From Phoronis australis (Eukaryota > Animalia > Phoronida), in assembly GCA_002633005.1 (NCBI GenBank), contig NMRA01000519.1:88646-152645 (forward strand): 64,000 nt of DNA, in the 5' to 3' direction. The notes beneath the pieces were generated by a model, which saw only the letters and a list, made by a program, of their open reading frames with translations, was not told where the DNA came from and searched no databases. This document shows positions 27,301 to 37,968 of this stretch, one piece after another; within the stretch, counting starts at the first letter, position 1; each line of letters opens with the position of its first letter. Both the position numbers and the translations under genes were made by a program.

Positions 27301-30300
27301 AGCTCCAGAAAAAACACATAATGCACCTATTTTGAAAAACGCGCGAAGGAAAGTCCGTGTGGTTACCTCGGACAATTGTTTTAAGACGCTTGGGCTGAAA
27401 GGTCACATTTTCCATATGAGGGAGTAATGTTTAGGACACTTGCTCTTTGCCTTGCGGGAGAAAACTTGATAAAGCACCGAGCAGTTGACAGATTTTTGTT
27501 TTTGTTTTTTTTTTTGAAACTGTGAACTAAGCGAAAGTATTTGACATCTACAGGCATTAAAAATATTTAGAAACAAACCTGAAATATACCTGGTACATGT
27601 AAGCAGGTTGAATTCTGATTCATTGACAGAGAACTAATTTCAACATTGCCTCGTCACATGGCCCTTTAAGTGATAACATTGATGTGGGGGTGCAGTAAAA
27701 TACCTTTGACTGAAGAACTACTTGTGCTTCAGCCATTGCATTTCAAAATTGCAAATAGCTTCTTAGCTCCGTTAAATTGAAGTTGTATATATAGTCTTCC
27801 ACAACCCGACTTAGCCACTTAGAGTACTTAAGTACTGAAGTATCGATGGTGGTACAAGTATGTGTAATATGGACACACTTCAGCCATTACAAATGAGAAT
27901 TAATCAATGAAATGTAGGTGTCGCTGTTGTGGCACTACCATTGCCAACCACTTTCTATCACAGTCACGTTCTGTTTTAAGTGGCGCCAATATTGACCGCT
28001 CTTGGACTTACTTTGATTGTCACTATGGATACAGCGAATCAAGAGATCATCAAGTGCCTCGGCGTCGGTGATGTAAAACAATATCTGCGTACAGTGGCCC
28101 CGTCCACTGTGACTGAACATCTCATCCGCTAAAAGTATGGACTCCCTGAAGGCAGCAATGCATTGCTTCATCAATCCACAATTTGAATCAAACTATACTT
28201 TGTAAGCTTTCACCTACAGCACACTTATTATCCTCCGGAAGACAAAAGCATTATTTATCAACGGCTGGGATCACGTCAGGACGTTTTGAAAGAATGTCAA
28301 GGTACATAGAAGGAGATTTGACCGGAAACCATAGCGCACTGCGCCCTGAAGGATGAAACGAAACTAATTTGAACACCCAACACATGAGACCATGGTTTCG
28401 TCCTCAGCTTGATCCTTCAATTACAAAGAGTAAACAAATCAGTTTCCAAAGTAAGTTAACCAAAAAGAAGGGTATCATAAAACTGGCATTTCTCAAGAGA
28501 AGGCAGGTAGACGGTTACCCTGTTGTTAAGAGGTTGTTCCTAATATACATGTACCTGTAGTGGAGATTCGGTTGAACAAAAATTCATGTTTGTTTTTGAG
28601 AACACTTGTGCTCATTTTATACCACACTGAATATTGCCGATGATGTCAATGAATATTCGGTAATTTTTTAAGTTACTTTTGTTTTCCGAAAGTACAACCC
28701 AAGGCCAGTATATGTGCTAGTTTAAATAACACATTTTAAATTATTATTTTAGGTGCCTTGGATTTCTCTACAAGCACATGTTTTAATATTACCATCACCC
28801 CGACATCAACTGACTCCAAAGGCTGGAATGCAAGGGGTAAAACAAATTTCATAAACAATGCTCACCCACTTGTGGTAAAAGTTTTCAAGCGCTGTTTTCA
28901 TCGTTTACACATTTTGAAGCGAAAATGAAATTTGCTGAGGTTTCCCAAAGAGCACTGTGTAAAAGTGGGATCACTTTCACCTAATGTACATACATTTTAC
29001 TGTGTCTGATCATTTCACCTGAGCACGAAATATTTTGTACCTGTTCGTTTTTATTTGATTTGGACTCAGGTACATGTACATGTATATGATACTGACAAGA
29101 TCGGACTTAAGTAGGCTTTGCCGGGTACTGGTCCTGATTCGAATTTTTCAGTGAAAGCAATGTAACATTTAGTACTAGAAAAAGTGATACTCTGTAAGTG
29201 GGCTGAAACAACAGTTTTTACTTTCTCACGTTTGGGTCATACTTACACTGAAACATGTGTGCAACTAACCAAAAACCGAAGTGTTGCTACGATCGATGAC
29301 ATTGACCCCGACATGCATGCAACTCATGTCGAAAGTTTCAATAACTCACATGCCGTAAGAGGACCCCTCAGGTTTCATCACTTTCAGCCTAGCTTTTAGT
29401 TGCTTGATATTAGATTGCTGAGCCCTGATCAGGTGTGCCTTTCCACCACACGAAAGGATGGTGGGCTTCAGGTCAACTTTTTCTCTCTTCACCGTCCAGT
29501 AGGGCGCGTAGTTGACAATTACATTCAACTCGTCTTGTTTGCCGAGGATGCTAAAAATCATGCTAGCGATTTTCTGGGCATTGACAAATCTGGAGATAAC
29601 AATCGGGAGGAAAGTTGACCAGGTGAAACAATTTCAAACAATAACAGATCAAGAACCGTGCATATCAAAAAATAACAATGAACTTGGATTGACAACTCGG
29701 TTATTATGAGCATTGTCAACTAACGTAATTGCAGAGACGGCAAAGTAACGATCACCATCCGAAATCACAAGGGAACCTGAACTATCCACCGTGTTCTTGG
29801 ACATCAACCAAATTGTCTGTAATGATTTGAAAGTTTCCAGAAGCAACTATCGATGATTTGATTTGAAAGTAGCCCCTACAACACAGACATGTAAACGTAC
29901 TGCCGCAAGGTGAAACACTAACGTTAACCAAAACAAAGCCACATTTTCGATGCCATACTTTGGATTTGAGGGAATAGCTAGTCTGCATGGAGGTCTAAAA
30001 TTTTGGGGAAGTTTGTAAATTGTACGCGTCCTCTACACATGATCAGCAAGTTGAATGTGATATGCCAAGTCAGTGAGAGCAGTTCTTTGTGAACACTGTT
30101 CTTAGTAATGCGAATGTTCAACTTGGCTTGTGTAAATAAACACAGCTAAAAAGGATCTATGGTCTTGACCGAGAAGAATATTATCCCCCCCCCCAATGGT
30201 TTCCAATAGCCAAGCCCGGAATGCAGAAGTTTAAGAAATTACGTCATGTCTCAGTTGGTCTTAAGCATGTTCTGCCCGACCCACTTTGTAATCACTGAGA

Positions 30301-33300
30301 TACCTTTCTAAACTAACATGCCGAGGTGCCTGTTATAGATTCCATGACACTGAATATTTGGTCAACACCTGAGGTACAATTCGGTAAAGGAAGAGAAGTG
30401 TCTCACTTTTAATCACGTTATCACGAGAATCCGTTATATCGCAATGTGAAACAGCTCCAGCACAACCTGCCAGGAATGCTTTTACACTGGGGCAACCTCC
30501 GACAGCCTCTGAGGGATACTCAGCCGGCATAGACATTGCTCATCGTAATACTTTTGGGCCCGGGAGTGGTCACGACAACGATTTCTCTTACCTCACATCA
30601 TCTCTGCATAATTGGTTTTAGCAACCACAGGTCAACGTAGTTTCCGTTGTTTTCAAGACAGTAATAGTTGACCCTCCGTGCAACAGATTTACTTACATGT
30701 ATCAGTGTATTTTAGGTAATCCAGCATCACAGACGACAAAGATTATGCAAACATTAAGGTATCCGCAGCTCAGCAAAGCTCTCGGAGCTGCAAACTTGAA
30801 TCCATGAAAATAACTTGGCAACACACACGCGAAGCACGGTTTGCACATTCAGAAACCCATGCCTTCAGAATCGCAAACATGGTTTGCCGACCCACCTATT
30901 AGCTCGTGCTGACTGAATCACATACGCCATTGTGTCTCGGTTATATCTTGTTTTTCACGATTTAGAAAAGTGTTTAATAATACGCCTCTGCGAGCAGGCA
31001 GCAAACCTGTTTAAAAATTCGGTAAGTAAATGATAAGAAGTTCTCCGAAGAAATGCAGCTCTTTTATTTATCAAGTCCAGAGAGGTCAGCAAAGTCTGCA
31101 TAATTTTGGCTGTGCGAGATTAAATGAAGCTTTATAAACACTGTTCTGGTAAAACCGTATCTGGCAATGGTTTTTACCCATATGCTGATAGTTCAGACTT
31201 GTAAAACTAGCCCGCACTGATATCACAAGGCCGTGAGCAGCGCTAATGAGTGAGGTGCTCATGTATGGTCATGCGTGCATGAGCCCTAGTTTTCCCGTAC
31301 AGTAACTCTCAATCCAGTTGACAGGGTGTGCTCAAGTGGCAAGGGAAATGCATATCAACTCGAAGGTTCCGCTCTCTAGTGACTTAGGACAACCATAACC
31401 TGCAAGTTATTTTCACCTGTTGTATTTTGCCATGGATGAGCTGCCGTCGATAATGATCACTACGTCTTTAGGCTTGGATATGGCGCTGATGAACCAAGGC
31501 CGAACCCGTACATCACCCATTTGTGCTGTACCCATGAAGTCGCGGAGTGTGTCCATGGCTGGGTACAGTCGCAACATGCCCTCCACGGAAGCAAAGTATT
31601 CCCACCTGAGAATTAACACAAAGCTCCTCAATGTGACAAGCATCACTTGTTCAGTCTGACACCAAGTGACCGCCCTACTGCTGCTGGCGTACTAAAAATA
31701 TTTAGCACATCCAGTGGCGGATTTAAGAGGGAGCCAAGGGGGCCGTGGTGTCGCAAATACGCGATGCGTATTGCGATTCGCGTAAAATAGATTTGAAGTA
31801 AAAATAAAAAGACGTAATTGTTCTGTTTTATGTTGTAAGTTCACAATACATGGCCCTCCCTAAAATTCTCCCATACTCCGTTTGGTGCTTGGGTCCGGTT
31901 GCAAATGTCTGACGGCAAAATCCTGTCTAATGCTCTGGACTGCCTCCCCCCAAACTCAAAATCCTGGATCCACCCCTGCCATCGTAATGAATTTGCATTG
32001 CATTGCAGTAACATATCGGTAATGAACTGAAAATTGACTTGCGGCAATATTCACCATGCCAAATAAACACTTCACCACTCCTGCCTTTTTATTTCACGAT
32101 TTCTCCACACTGTAACAATAAAACATTTCGAAATGGCCAACTCCTTTGCCTTTAAAATAGAGGCCATGACCCATCCTAGTTACCACGGAGTAGAGTACAG
32201 CAATGTTGTATTCATGAAATGTCCATTTCTCGAAAGTGTTTCTAAAACGGAGTCTCCATCAGAAACAAGGTCTTGAAAAGAGGCAAATGGGACACAGTAA
32301 GGTAGCTATTGAATCTGAGATCCTGCGACAGCTTCGTCGACAAGTAATCGTTCATACGAGGTATGGTAAGAAGAGATCTGTAGACTAAAAAACACCACTT
32401 AATTCGTGTAGGGCGATAGATTTCTCAACTAAAATGTCGTGAGGTGGGTCAACAAGTCAACCACAGCAATGACTGGTAATTCTCCACGAAAACGCACGAG
32501 TCGGGCTCTCTAGACCAAGATGAAGTAATAGAGCTTCGTGCACGCTCGTAGACCATAATCTTAGTGCATTACAGTACGTTCTGTCAACGTCCCTATTGGC
32601 TGGTACATGTACACTGTATTCCAAATGACTTGTTCTCAAATAGAGCGTAACCAAATTAAACTGACTCTGGGAATACAGTAAATATTTCAATGTTACTGTA
32701 AAAAACGACAGCAAAATCTGTTATTGGAGATGAAAATAATAAAATATCAAAGATAACCAACAGAGAGCAAATTCTGTGCCGTTACATAACTTACGCCGGG
32801 TATTCGTTAGCCTTGAGAAAGTGCTCTAACCTCTTTGACCACTCTATGTCCCTCACCAGTCTAGGGTCGCCAAATTTGCAGGTCTCAGCAAGATAGACAG
32901 ATGTTGTGTTGAGACAAACAACGCAACCAAAGCGGCTGAAAATGTATCAAGCCGAACCATCTTCATGGAATGAGAGTGGCTAAAGGATTACAATTTGGAA
33001 ATTGGTGGAAAAATGATAAACACGGAGTTCATTGCTAGTAAACATAACAATGCAATTCTTTCTTACAGCGTTAGAAAATCACGCTGCCCAGCTGACCGGT
33101 GGCCAGTGGATTTTCGGTCGGGCCACAAAACTTTTACACACAGACCCAATGTGGATATGGTCTCATATTCAATAACTGGTCCGGCGGGACAACACATTGA
33201 TTCGCTGGAGATGGTAAACTGCTTGTTTACCCTGCGATGTAAGATCCAGTGGCGACTTTAAAGCCTTTCATTGTTTAAAATCGGTCAGCCGCCTAAATGA

Positions 33301-36300
33301 AGCCCAGTTTATGTGAATATATACCCGATCCTTAAATGCCACCAAGGACTTGAAAACCTGGATGAGTAATATTTAAACATGGCTAAAGACTTAAAAATGC
33401 TATATCTATCTCCTTGCCCACCACTTGATTTTTTTTTGTTTTTTTTTTCAACTGCGCCTTCGTGACGGTGTGATTTAAGGCAGTTGTAGATTCATTGATT
33501 ACTATGGTAAACAAAATGGGAAGAATTCATAGTTGTTGTACGTAGGCAGGGTACTTTTGTCGAGTTTGGTTCGTGCTTATCGAGATTCACAAGTATGCTA
33601 TGCGTGATCTACATGTAACTGCGTTTACAACGATCCATACACCCTTTGCATGAAATTGACCCAAACGTCACCTGTCAAATTCACATCTGGTCTGTTCAGA
33701 CAAGTTAAACCATTGTTCGACGAAATCGGCGTTCTTCAAGACATTTGTAGACAATTCACTGACGTGCTTTACACCGCTATAACTCCAGTTGGTATACAGC
33801 TCCACCGACAGCTGTTGAAGCATCTGTACTCGTGATACTCGGCTAGAGAAGAACTCGTCTAAAAATTAAACAGTTAAGCTCATATGAAGAAAAACACGAC
33901 ATAATTATGTATCGAGAACCGAAATTCGACGACTTATGCAAGATTCTGATAAATAATTAACCTGCTTCGTTATTCGAGTACTTTCTATCCAAGAAATCAG
34001 ACCCAGTCATGAAAAATCGGGGTCATTATTGGTTAGGGTGACAGAGCTAATAATAGTATAAATGTTTTGTTAATTGAAGGATTTAGCAAACACATGTACA
34101 GAAAGTGCAGGAAAAACATAAGAGAAATGAAAATAATAAACTACAAGTGGGACTCACAAAAACACAAAAATCGGAAAAATAGTTCCACTTTGGTCCGAAA
34201 AATAATAAAATAACACTAGATAAAAGATTAAACATATGAAAATACGAACAACATACAAATAAATAGTAAAAGATGAAATTCTTAATCCCCAAAGAAGTTA
34301 ATTCCATATAAAAAATAAACGACGGATTTAAACGAAATTAAGTTAAACAAAACCGCAAGGTAGATGATTAAAACAAGGGAGAAATTGTTCCAGGCCCGAG
34401 TACCACTGGGACCCCAGTGTGAATGAATTATCCTGCTTACCAAACAATGTCTTCAAATCAAGTAATATTTTTGAACCATTCATAAAGACCTCCTCGTACT
34501 CTGCATTGTCATACAGATCCTGAATATAAGTATCCCTCATGCTGGTGTCGGCCAAGCGCCGGAAACCGCTGGAGACCACGTCAGCGAGCTTGGTGACGTT
34601 GACGCTGGCATCTGTGATTGGACATCGTAAACATCCATGAGATTTTCCGCATGGGAATAACACACATTTAAATCCACATGTTCCACTCGAGTAAAAGAGA
34701 ACTAAATATGCAATAGTTGGGAGGCGGGGAATACCTATGGTATTTTAAATTAAAGAGGCCTATCAAGCAACTGTGATCAATATGCAGTAGTGGGGGGTAT
34801 CCCTATGGTATTTTAATATAAAGAGGCCTATCAAGCAACTGTGATCAATATGCAGTAGTGGGGGGGGGGGTATCCCCATGGTATTTTAATATAATGAGGC
34901 CTATCAAGCAACTGTGTTCAATATGTTAATGATATGTAAATGGCTGAAATTTATGTGCAGGAACTTGCGCTTGAAGTCACAAATTCCCCGCTTTTATTTA
35001 CAAAATACTAAGAAACAACCCCATGACTCGATAAGCAGTCAAATTAGAACACAAAAGAACTCTATCTGACGATATGGAAATGAGATTATCTCGAGTTACG
35101 GTCTTCTATTGCTAGAAAAAAGTATACGTACTGTGAAATCGGACAACGTATCACAGAACTTTTGCCATCCTTGATATTGTTAAGTGTGACAAATTGCCAG
35201 ATATTGCTAGCAGTTTCCCTGTGTCTTGTGGTACATTAAAGAATGATGACAACTACCGTGGCTGGTGATTGTGGTAACTTAGTAATAGCGGAGTTGCAAC
35301 CGCGCCAGTATGTTAAGAGCAATTCTCAGGTGCCATAAAGTGTAGGAAACTAATAGGCGTAATGGCTTGCTTTTTTCTACACCGAGCGCCATTGCGAGAA
35401 TCCCATTTTAATTCAGACACCTGCGCCAATAACACCCGAACGTACTGGGTTTTTTTTTGTTTTTTTTTATTTAGACCCTTCTTGTTTTCGGTTTCTTCAA
35501 TTTTGTGCTAAGATTTCAACGTGAGGCAATATGGTGCGAAAAGACAACCCCGCCTATTATTTGACAAGCCTACATTTAAGTGGTTATACTCGGTTTTTCT
35601 TATTTTTCTAAGACTTTCCTGCTAATACCAGGTTATCAGAAAAGACCTAAAAGAACAAAATTGTGTTGAAGTTAAGATGAATCCTGCATTCGTAACATGT
35701 AAGTGAGAACTATAAGAATGTAACATACACCAATACCTGAATGTTGGCTGTTAGCTCCGTTAAACAAAAGAATATGCAGCACTGTCAATACTGGCAGAAC
35801 TCCGAACTTCTTCGTCGCCTTGAATGACGGGATACCAATCAAACCAAACGTGTTCAAAAGGAAAGTTAAAACGTGAGACAACATATTCCTGTATTTCCAG
35901 AGACGCTCGAAGAGGGATAAACTTGTCTTGAGCACAAAATTATTACTGTGCACACTGGTCGAAGAAGACATAACAGTGACCAGAGGCAATTCCAGTTTCC
36001 CAGTGAAACACTGACCAAAACTTACACTGCTTCCTTTCGGGACGACTGTGAACTTGCGATTCTCGCAGAATTCTTTTCCGCTTTTAAACACACTTTTGAT
36101 GACATATCCTCGATAGACGGCGTCCCTACAGTTTCTATAGACGTCATCACAAAATTCTTCGCAAACGTGAAGAATCCTGCCTCTCAAGAACAGATTTTGA
36201 ACAGGTGAACAAATGTAACACATGAGAGCGTTGATGTGAAGCACGCACGACGGTGAGGCACCGCCCATGGGTTTCACGCTACCGAACATGAGATTTATGT

Positions 36301-36508
36301 CAACGTTTGTACAACAGCTGTTGTTGGCGTACACGGTGCAGTTGTTTAAGTTCGGCTGTGGCTGCGGCTGTCTGGAATGAAACAGTGTGCATCCCCCAAC
36401 CTCGTATAATGTAGAGTTACAAACTTGAAAAGAAGACTCGTTGTTTTCTGTCGCACAGACATGGAGGATAACGCAGAAATGGATAACAGGTGAGACCTTA
36501 TGTCGCAT
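6151..36508 (-). CDS. Multi-exon gene: VWA + double-dCache protein of the alpha2delta/CACHD1 family, with an N-terminal folate-receptor-like domain and a C-terminal GPI-like signal
   Basis: GT-AG exons, mostly phase-consistent, give family motifs in the expected order: [37 protein letters not shown] (MIDAS), [86 protein letters not shown], then a hydrophobic C-terminus. A few junctions (around 27950-29350, 19133-19814 and 18372) are unresolved. Confidence 0.9.
7556..7694 (-). CDS. alpha2delta-like gene exon
   Basis: [31 protein letters not shown]; AG/GT boundaries and phase match. Confidence 0.85.
8029..8170 (-). CDS. alpha2delta-like gene exon
   Basis: [37 protein letters not shown]; phase 0 in and phase 1 out fit both neighbours. 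Confidence 0.75.
8657..8870 (-). CDS. alpha2delta-like gene exon (second dCache)
   Basis: [16 protein letters not shown]...KVNYQDRC; gtaagt donor. Confidence 0.85.
9507..9687 (-). CDS. alpha2delta-like gene exon (Cys-rich insert plus dCache GVIAVD strand)
   Basis: Manual translation [47 protein letters not shown]; tttcag acceptor, gtgagt donor, phases match. Confidence 0.85.
9534..10692. repeat. ~580-bp direct duplication across a single N (probable haplotype or contig overlap artifact)
   Basis: 9534-10113 is nearly identical to 10115-10692, with a few SNPs/indels. The junction is the N at 10114. Confidence 0.85.
10707..10975. mobile_element. hAT-like MITE with 5-bp TSD
   Basis: Termini cactggcggatctag and ctaaatctgcctatg, flanked by gacca on both sides. 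Confidence 0.7.
11261..11418 (-). CDS. alpha2delta-like gene exon (second dCache)
   Basis: [38 protein letters not shown]; tttcag acceptor and gtaagt donor. Confidence 0.9.
11668..14190 (+). mobile_element. Decayed, 5'-truncated non-LTR retrotransposon of the RLE type (HERO-like)
   Basis: Frameshifted ORFs carry RT motifs ([50 protein letters not shown]), a CCHC knuckle [27 protein letters not shown], and endonuclease motifs LRRDIILWS / VPWEE / EVGCRGF. Antisense within a host intron. Confidence 0.9.
15483..16293. repeat. Direct duplication across the single N at 15825 (haplotype overlap), with a ~125-bp indel between copies
   Basis: 15483-15824 is repeated at 15826-16293; the second copy has an extra segment at ~15969-16094. 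Confidence 0.85.
16693..17027. repeat. Minisatellite, 85-bp unit, about 4 copies
   Basis: Unit agttcaacattgcatcactacaggctacgtaccctcgatgatatgtcactttgtgagaaggggagggtatgggatacttatggc. The N at 16850 makes the true copy number uncertain. Confidence 0.9.
18020..18371 (+). mobile_element. CR1/L2-clade LINE reverse-transcriptase fragment
   Basis: [42 protein letters not shown]...[21 protein letters not shown]; in-frame stop; cut off at N 18372. Confidence 0.9.
18373..18515 (-). CDS. alpha2delta-like gene exon (3' end lost at the N join)
   Basis: [16 protein letters not shown]...[16 protein letters not shown]. Confidence 0.85.
18909..19132 (-). CDS. alpha2delta-like gene exon
   Basis: [36 protein letters not shown]; gtgaga donor, phase 2 fits the next exon. 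Confidence 0.8.
19815..19937 (-). CDS. alpha2delta-like gene exon (3' boundary uncertain)
   Basis: tatttcag acceptor, phase 1; [20 protein letters not shown], the last strand of the first dCache. Confidence 0.6.
21880..22556. mobile_element. Long palindromic (foldback) MITE with 8-bp TSD, P-element- or hAT-like
   Basis: ~300-bp imperfect inverted arms starting cacaggcgtcctcag and ending ctgaggacgcctgtg. Perfect attttcac duplication at 21872-21879 and 22557-22564. Confidence 0.9.
23166..23376 (-). CDS. alpha2delta-like gene exon (first dCache)
   Basis: [28 protein letters not shown]...TRYHYSYIK. Confidence 0.8.
23973..24102 (-). CDS. alpha2delta-like gene exon (first dCache)
   Basis: Manual translation [43 protein letters not shown]. 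Confidence 0.9.
24511..24674 (-). CDS. alpha2delta-like gene exon (first dCache)
   Basis: Manual translation LRAFFDFL...[23 protein letters not shown]; gtgagt donor. Confidence 0.9.
26653..26747 (-). CDS. Probable alpha2delta-like gene exon
   Basis: Open frame between tgtttcag and gtaagt; phase 0 donor fits the exon at 24674. No diagnostic motif. Confidence 0.45.
27950..28192 (-). CDS. alpha2delta-like gene exon (VWA beta4; boundaries uncertain)
   Basis: AAFRESILL...[10 protein letters not shown] matches the VWA C-x-Q-x-I-x-x-I-T-D motif. Confidence 0.7.
29350..29589 (-). CDS. alpha2delta-like gene exon (VWA)
   Basis: [50 protein letters not shown]. Confidence 0.85.
31417..31605 (-). CDS. 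alpha2delta-like gene exon (dCache N-half plus VWA MIDAS)
   Basis: [16 protein letters not shown]...[28 protein letters not shown]. Confidence 0.95.
31712..31978. mobile_element. hAT-like MITE, same TIR family as 10707
   Basis: cagtggcggatt ... ggatccacccctg; flanks acatc/ccatc. Confidence 0.7.
32795..32935 (-). CDS. alpha2delta-like gene exon (VWA_N region)
   Basis: [43 protein letters not shown]; ttttcag acceptor and gtaagt donor. Confidence 0.85.
33672..33858 (-). CDS. alpha2delta-like gene exon
   Basis: [22 protein letters not shown]...; phase 1 in and phase 2 out match both neighbours. Confidence 0.8.
34441..34611 (-). CDS. alpha2delta-like gene exon (N-terminal helices)
   Basis: [42 protein letters not shown]; gtaagc donor. 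Confidence 0.8.
34732..34925. repeat. Short tandem repeat, ~66-70-bp unit x3
   Basis: Unit c.atggtattttaa..aa.gaggcctatcaagcaactgtg.tcaatatg. Confidence 0.85.
35737..36508 (-). CDS. First coding exon: signal peptide + folate-receptor-family Cys-rich domain + hydrophobic segment + second signal-like peptide
   Basis: Cys spacing C..P.....L..C..Y..NSCC...C..H...LMC..CSP....[12 protein letters not shown]...FC...CF is typical of the Folate_rec family. Donor TCA G|gtattg (phase 1) is compatible with the acceptor at 34611. Confidence 0.85.
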
Positions 36509-37808
36509 TTAGAAAGTTAAGTAGGTATACAGGTATGAAGGCGGTGGTGCATTAGCAAGAAGTCTACATAGTCCCCGATCTGAAAAGTACGTATCATAAT
36601 ACAGTAACAAACATTCTTGGAAACAGAGATCAATTATGAATGGCAAAATATAGATGCAATGACACAACTGAAAGCTTGTGAGTCTAATGCAGAAAAATAG
36701 TGTTTGTTAATGTTTTTAGTCATGGTGACTTGACTTCTTTTTATTCAGTCAGAAATTAACAGAAATCCACGGCATAACACCTTGGACTTTAAAAAATGAA
36801 TTCCACTCATAGGTAGATTTCGTTTGAGCCAATTTCGAAATTTTGTACAATATATAATATTCTCGTCGATTATATGACCAAAAATGCTTTTTGGAAATAC
36901 TGGTTCTTGGGATAGACTTTCTGAGGTTTTATCTTTGACCAGAAAATCCGCTGTTTTTGTGATTTTGTTTACAATTCATCCATTTTTGAGGTCATCAGTC
37001 GAGTTTTTGCTGACGTCATTGTCTCAAAACGTTACTTTTCTCGCCGATAATGTCTAATTAAGCGTAATGAACCACCAAATTTTTAATTCCTGTGACTATG
37101 TGAAAATAAATTCTTTTTACCACGCAAATCACTTAAGCTAATAAGTTATGGCTCCGGAGAGCAGTAGGGTTACAGAAAATGTAAAGACTATAATCCTGCA
37201 AGTTTCATTGAGCTGGAGATTGAAACTACATGTAGATTATGTTTAACACGGAGCAACAGTACATCATTTGACTACATGGTTATTTGAAGGGTGAAACAGT
37301 GCCGGAATATTGCCACACAGCAGAAGTATATGCAGCATATGTTACGGACCCTGAGCGTCAGCAGTATTGTTCAGACATCAGTAGATCCTACCATAGACTT
37401 ATACATGTTTCTGACTGCTATAGAAGCACTAACCTCAGGCGGTGTGAACCCTATTTGGTCGGATAGGTTGCGTAAAGGCACCACCTTTATTAACATGGGT
37501 CGGGTTTGAGTGCAAGAACCCCACCACTGCGTAAGCGACGTTCAAGGAATTGTATGAGTCGTGGTCAGTGCTGCAAAAAGCTACGTGTAAGGTTGCACAC
37601 AAAACAGTCGGGCCCCTAAAATTGCCGAGACACACAAAGGCGGAGGCCTGGTTTTACTTGATTTCTGACATAATTTACACTTTAGGTTTTTGTTAAGATA
37701 CAGAGCAGTAAAACGTCTAAAACTTAAGTTTGCACAAAATTTAAAGTGTTTGACAAAGGTAGCATTCTTGCTTTTATAAGTGCTCTAATTAATATACAGT
37801 ATTATTGC

Positions 37809-37968
37809 CAGTGGCGGATTTAGAGGGGGGCCAAGCGGGTCATGCCCCCCCTAAAACTCCCCCAGATTCCATTTGGGAGCTAAGGGGTGCGCCGTCTCAC
37901 GGGTAAAATCCTGGCTAATAATACTCTGTCCTGGCCCCACCTAAATAAAAATCCTGGATCCGCCCTTG
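37809..37968. mobile_element. hAT-like MITE, same family
   Basis: cagtggcggattt ... ggatccgcccttg; flanks attgc/attgt. Confidence 0.75.
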
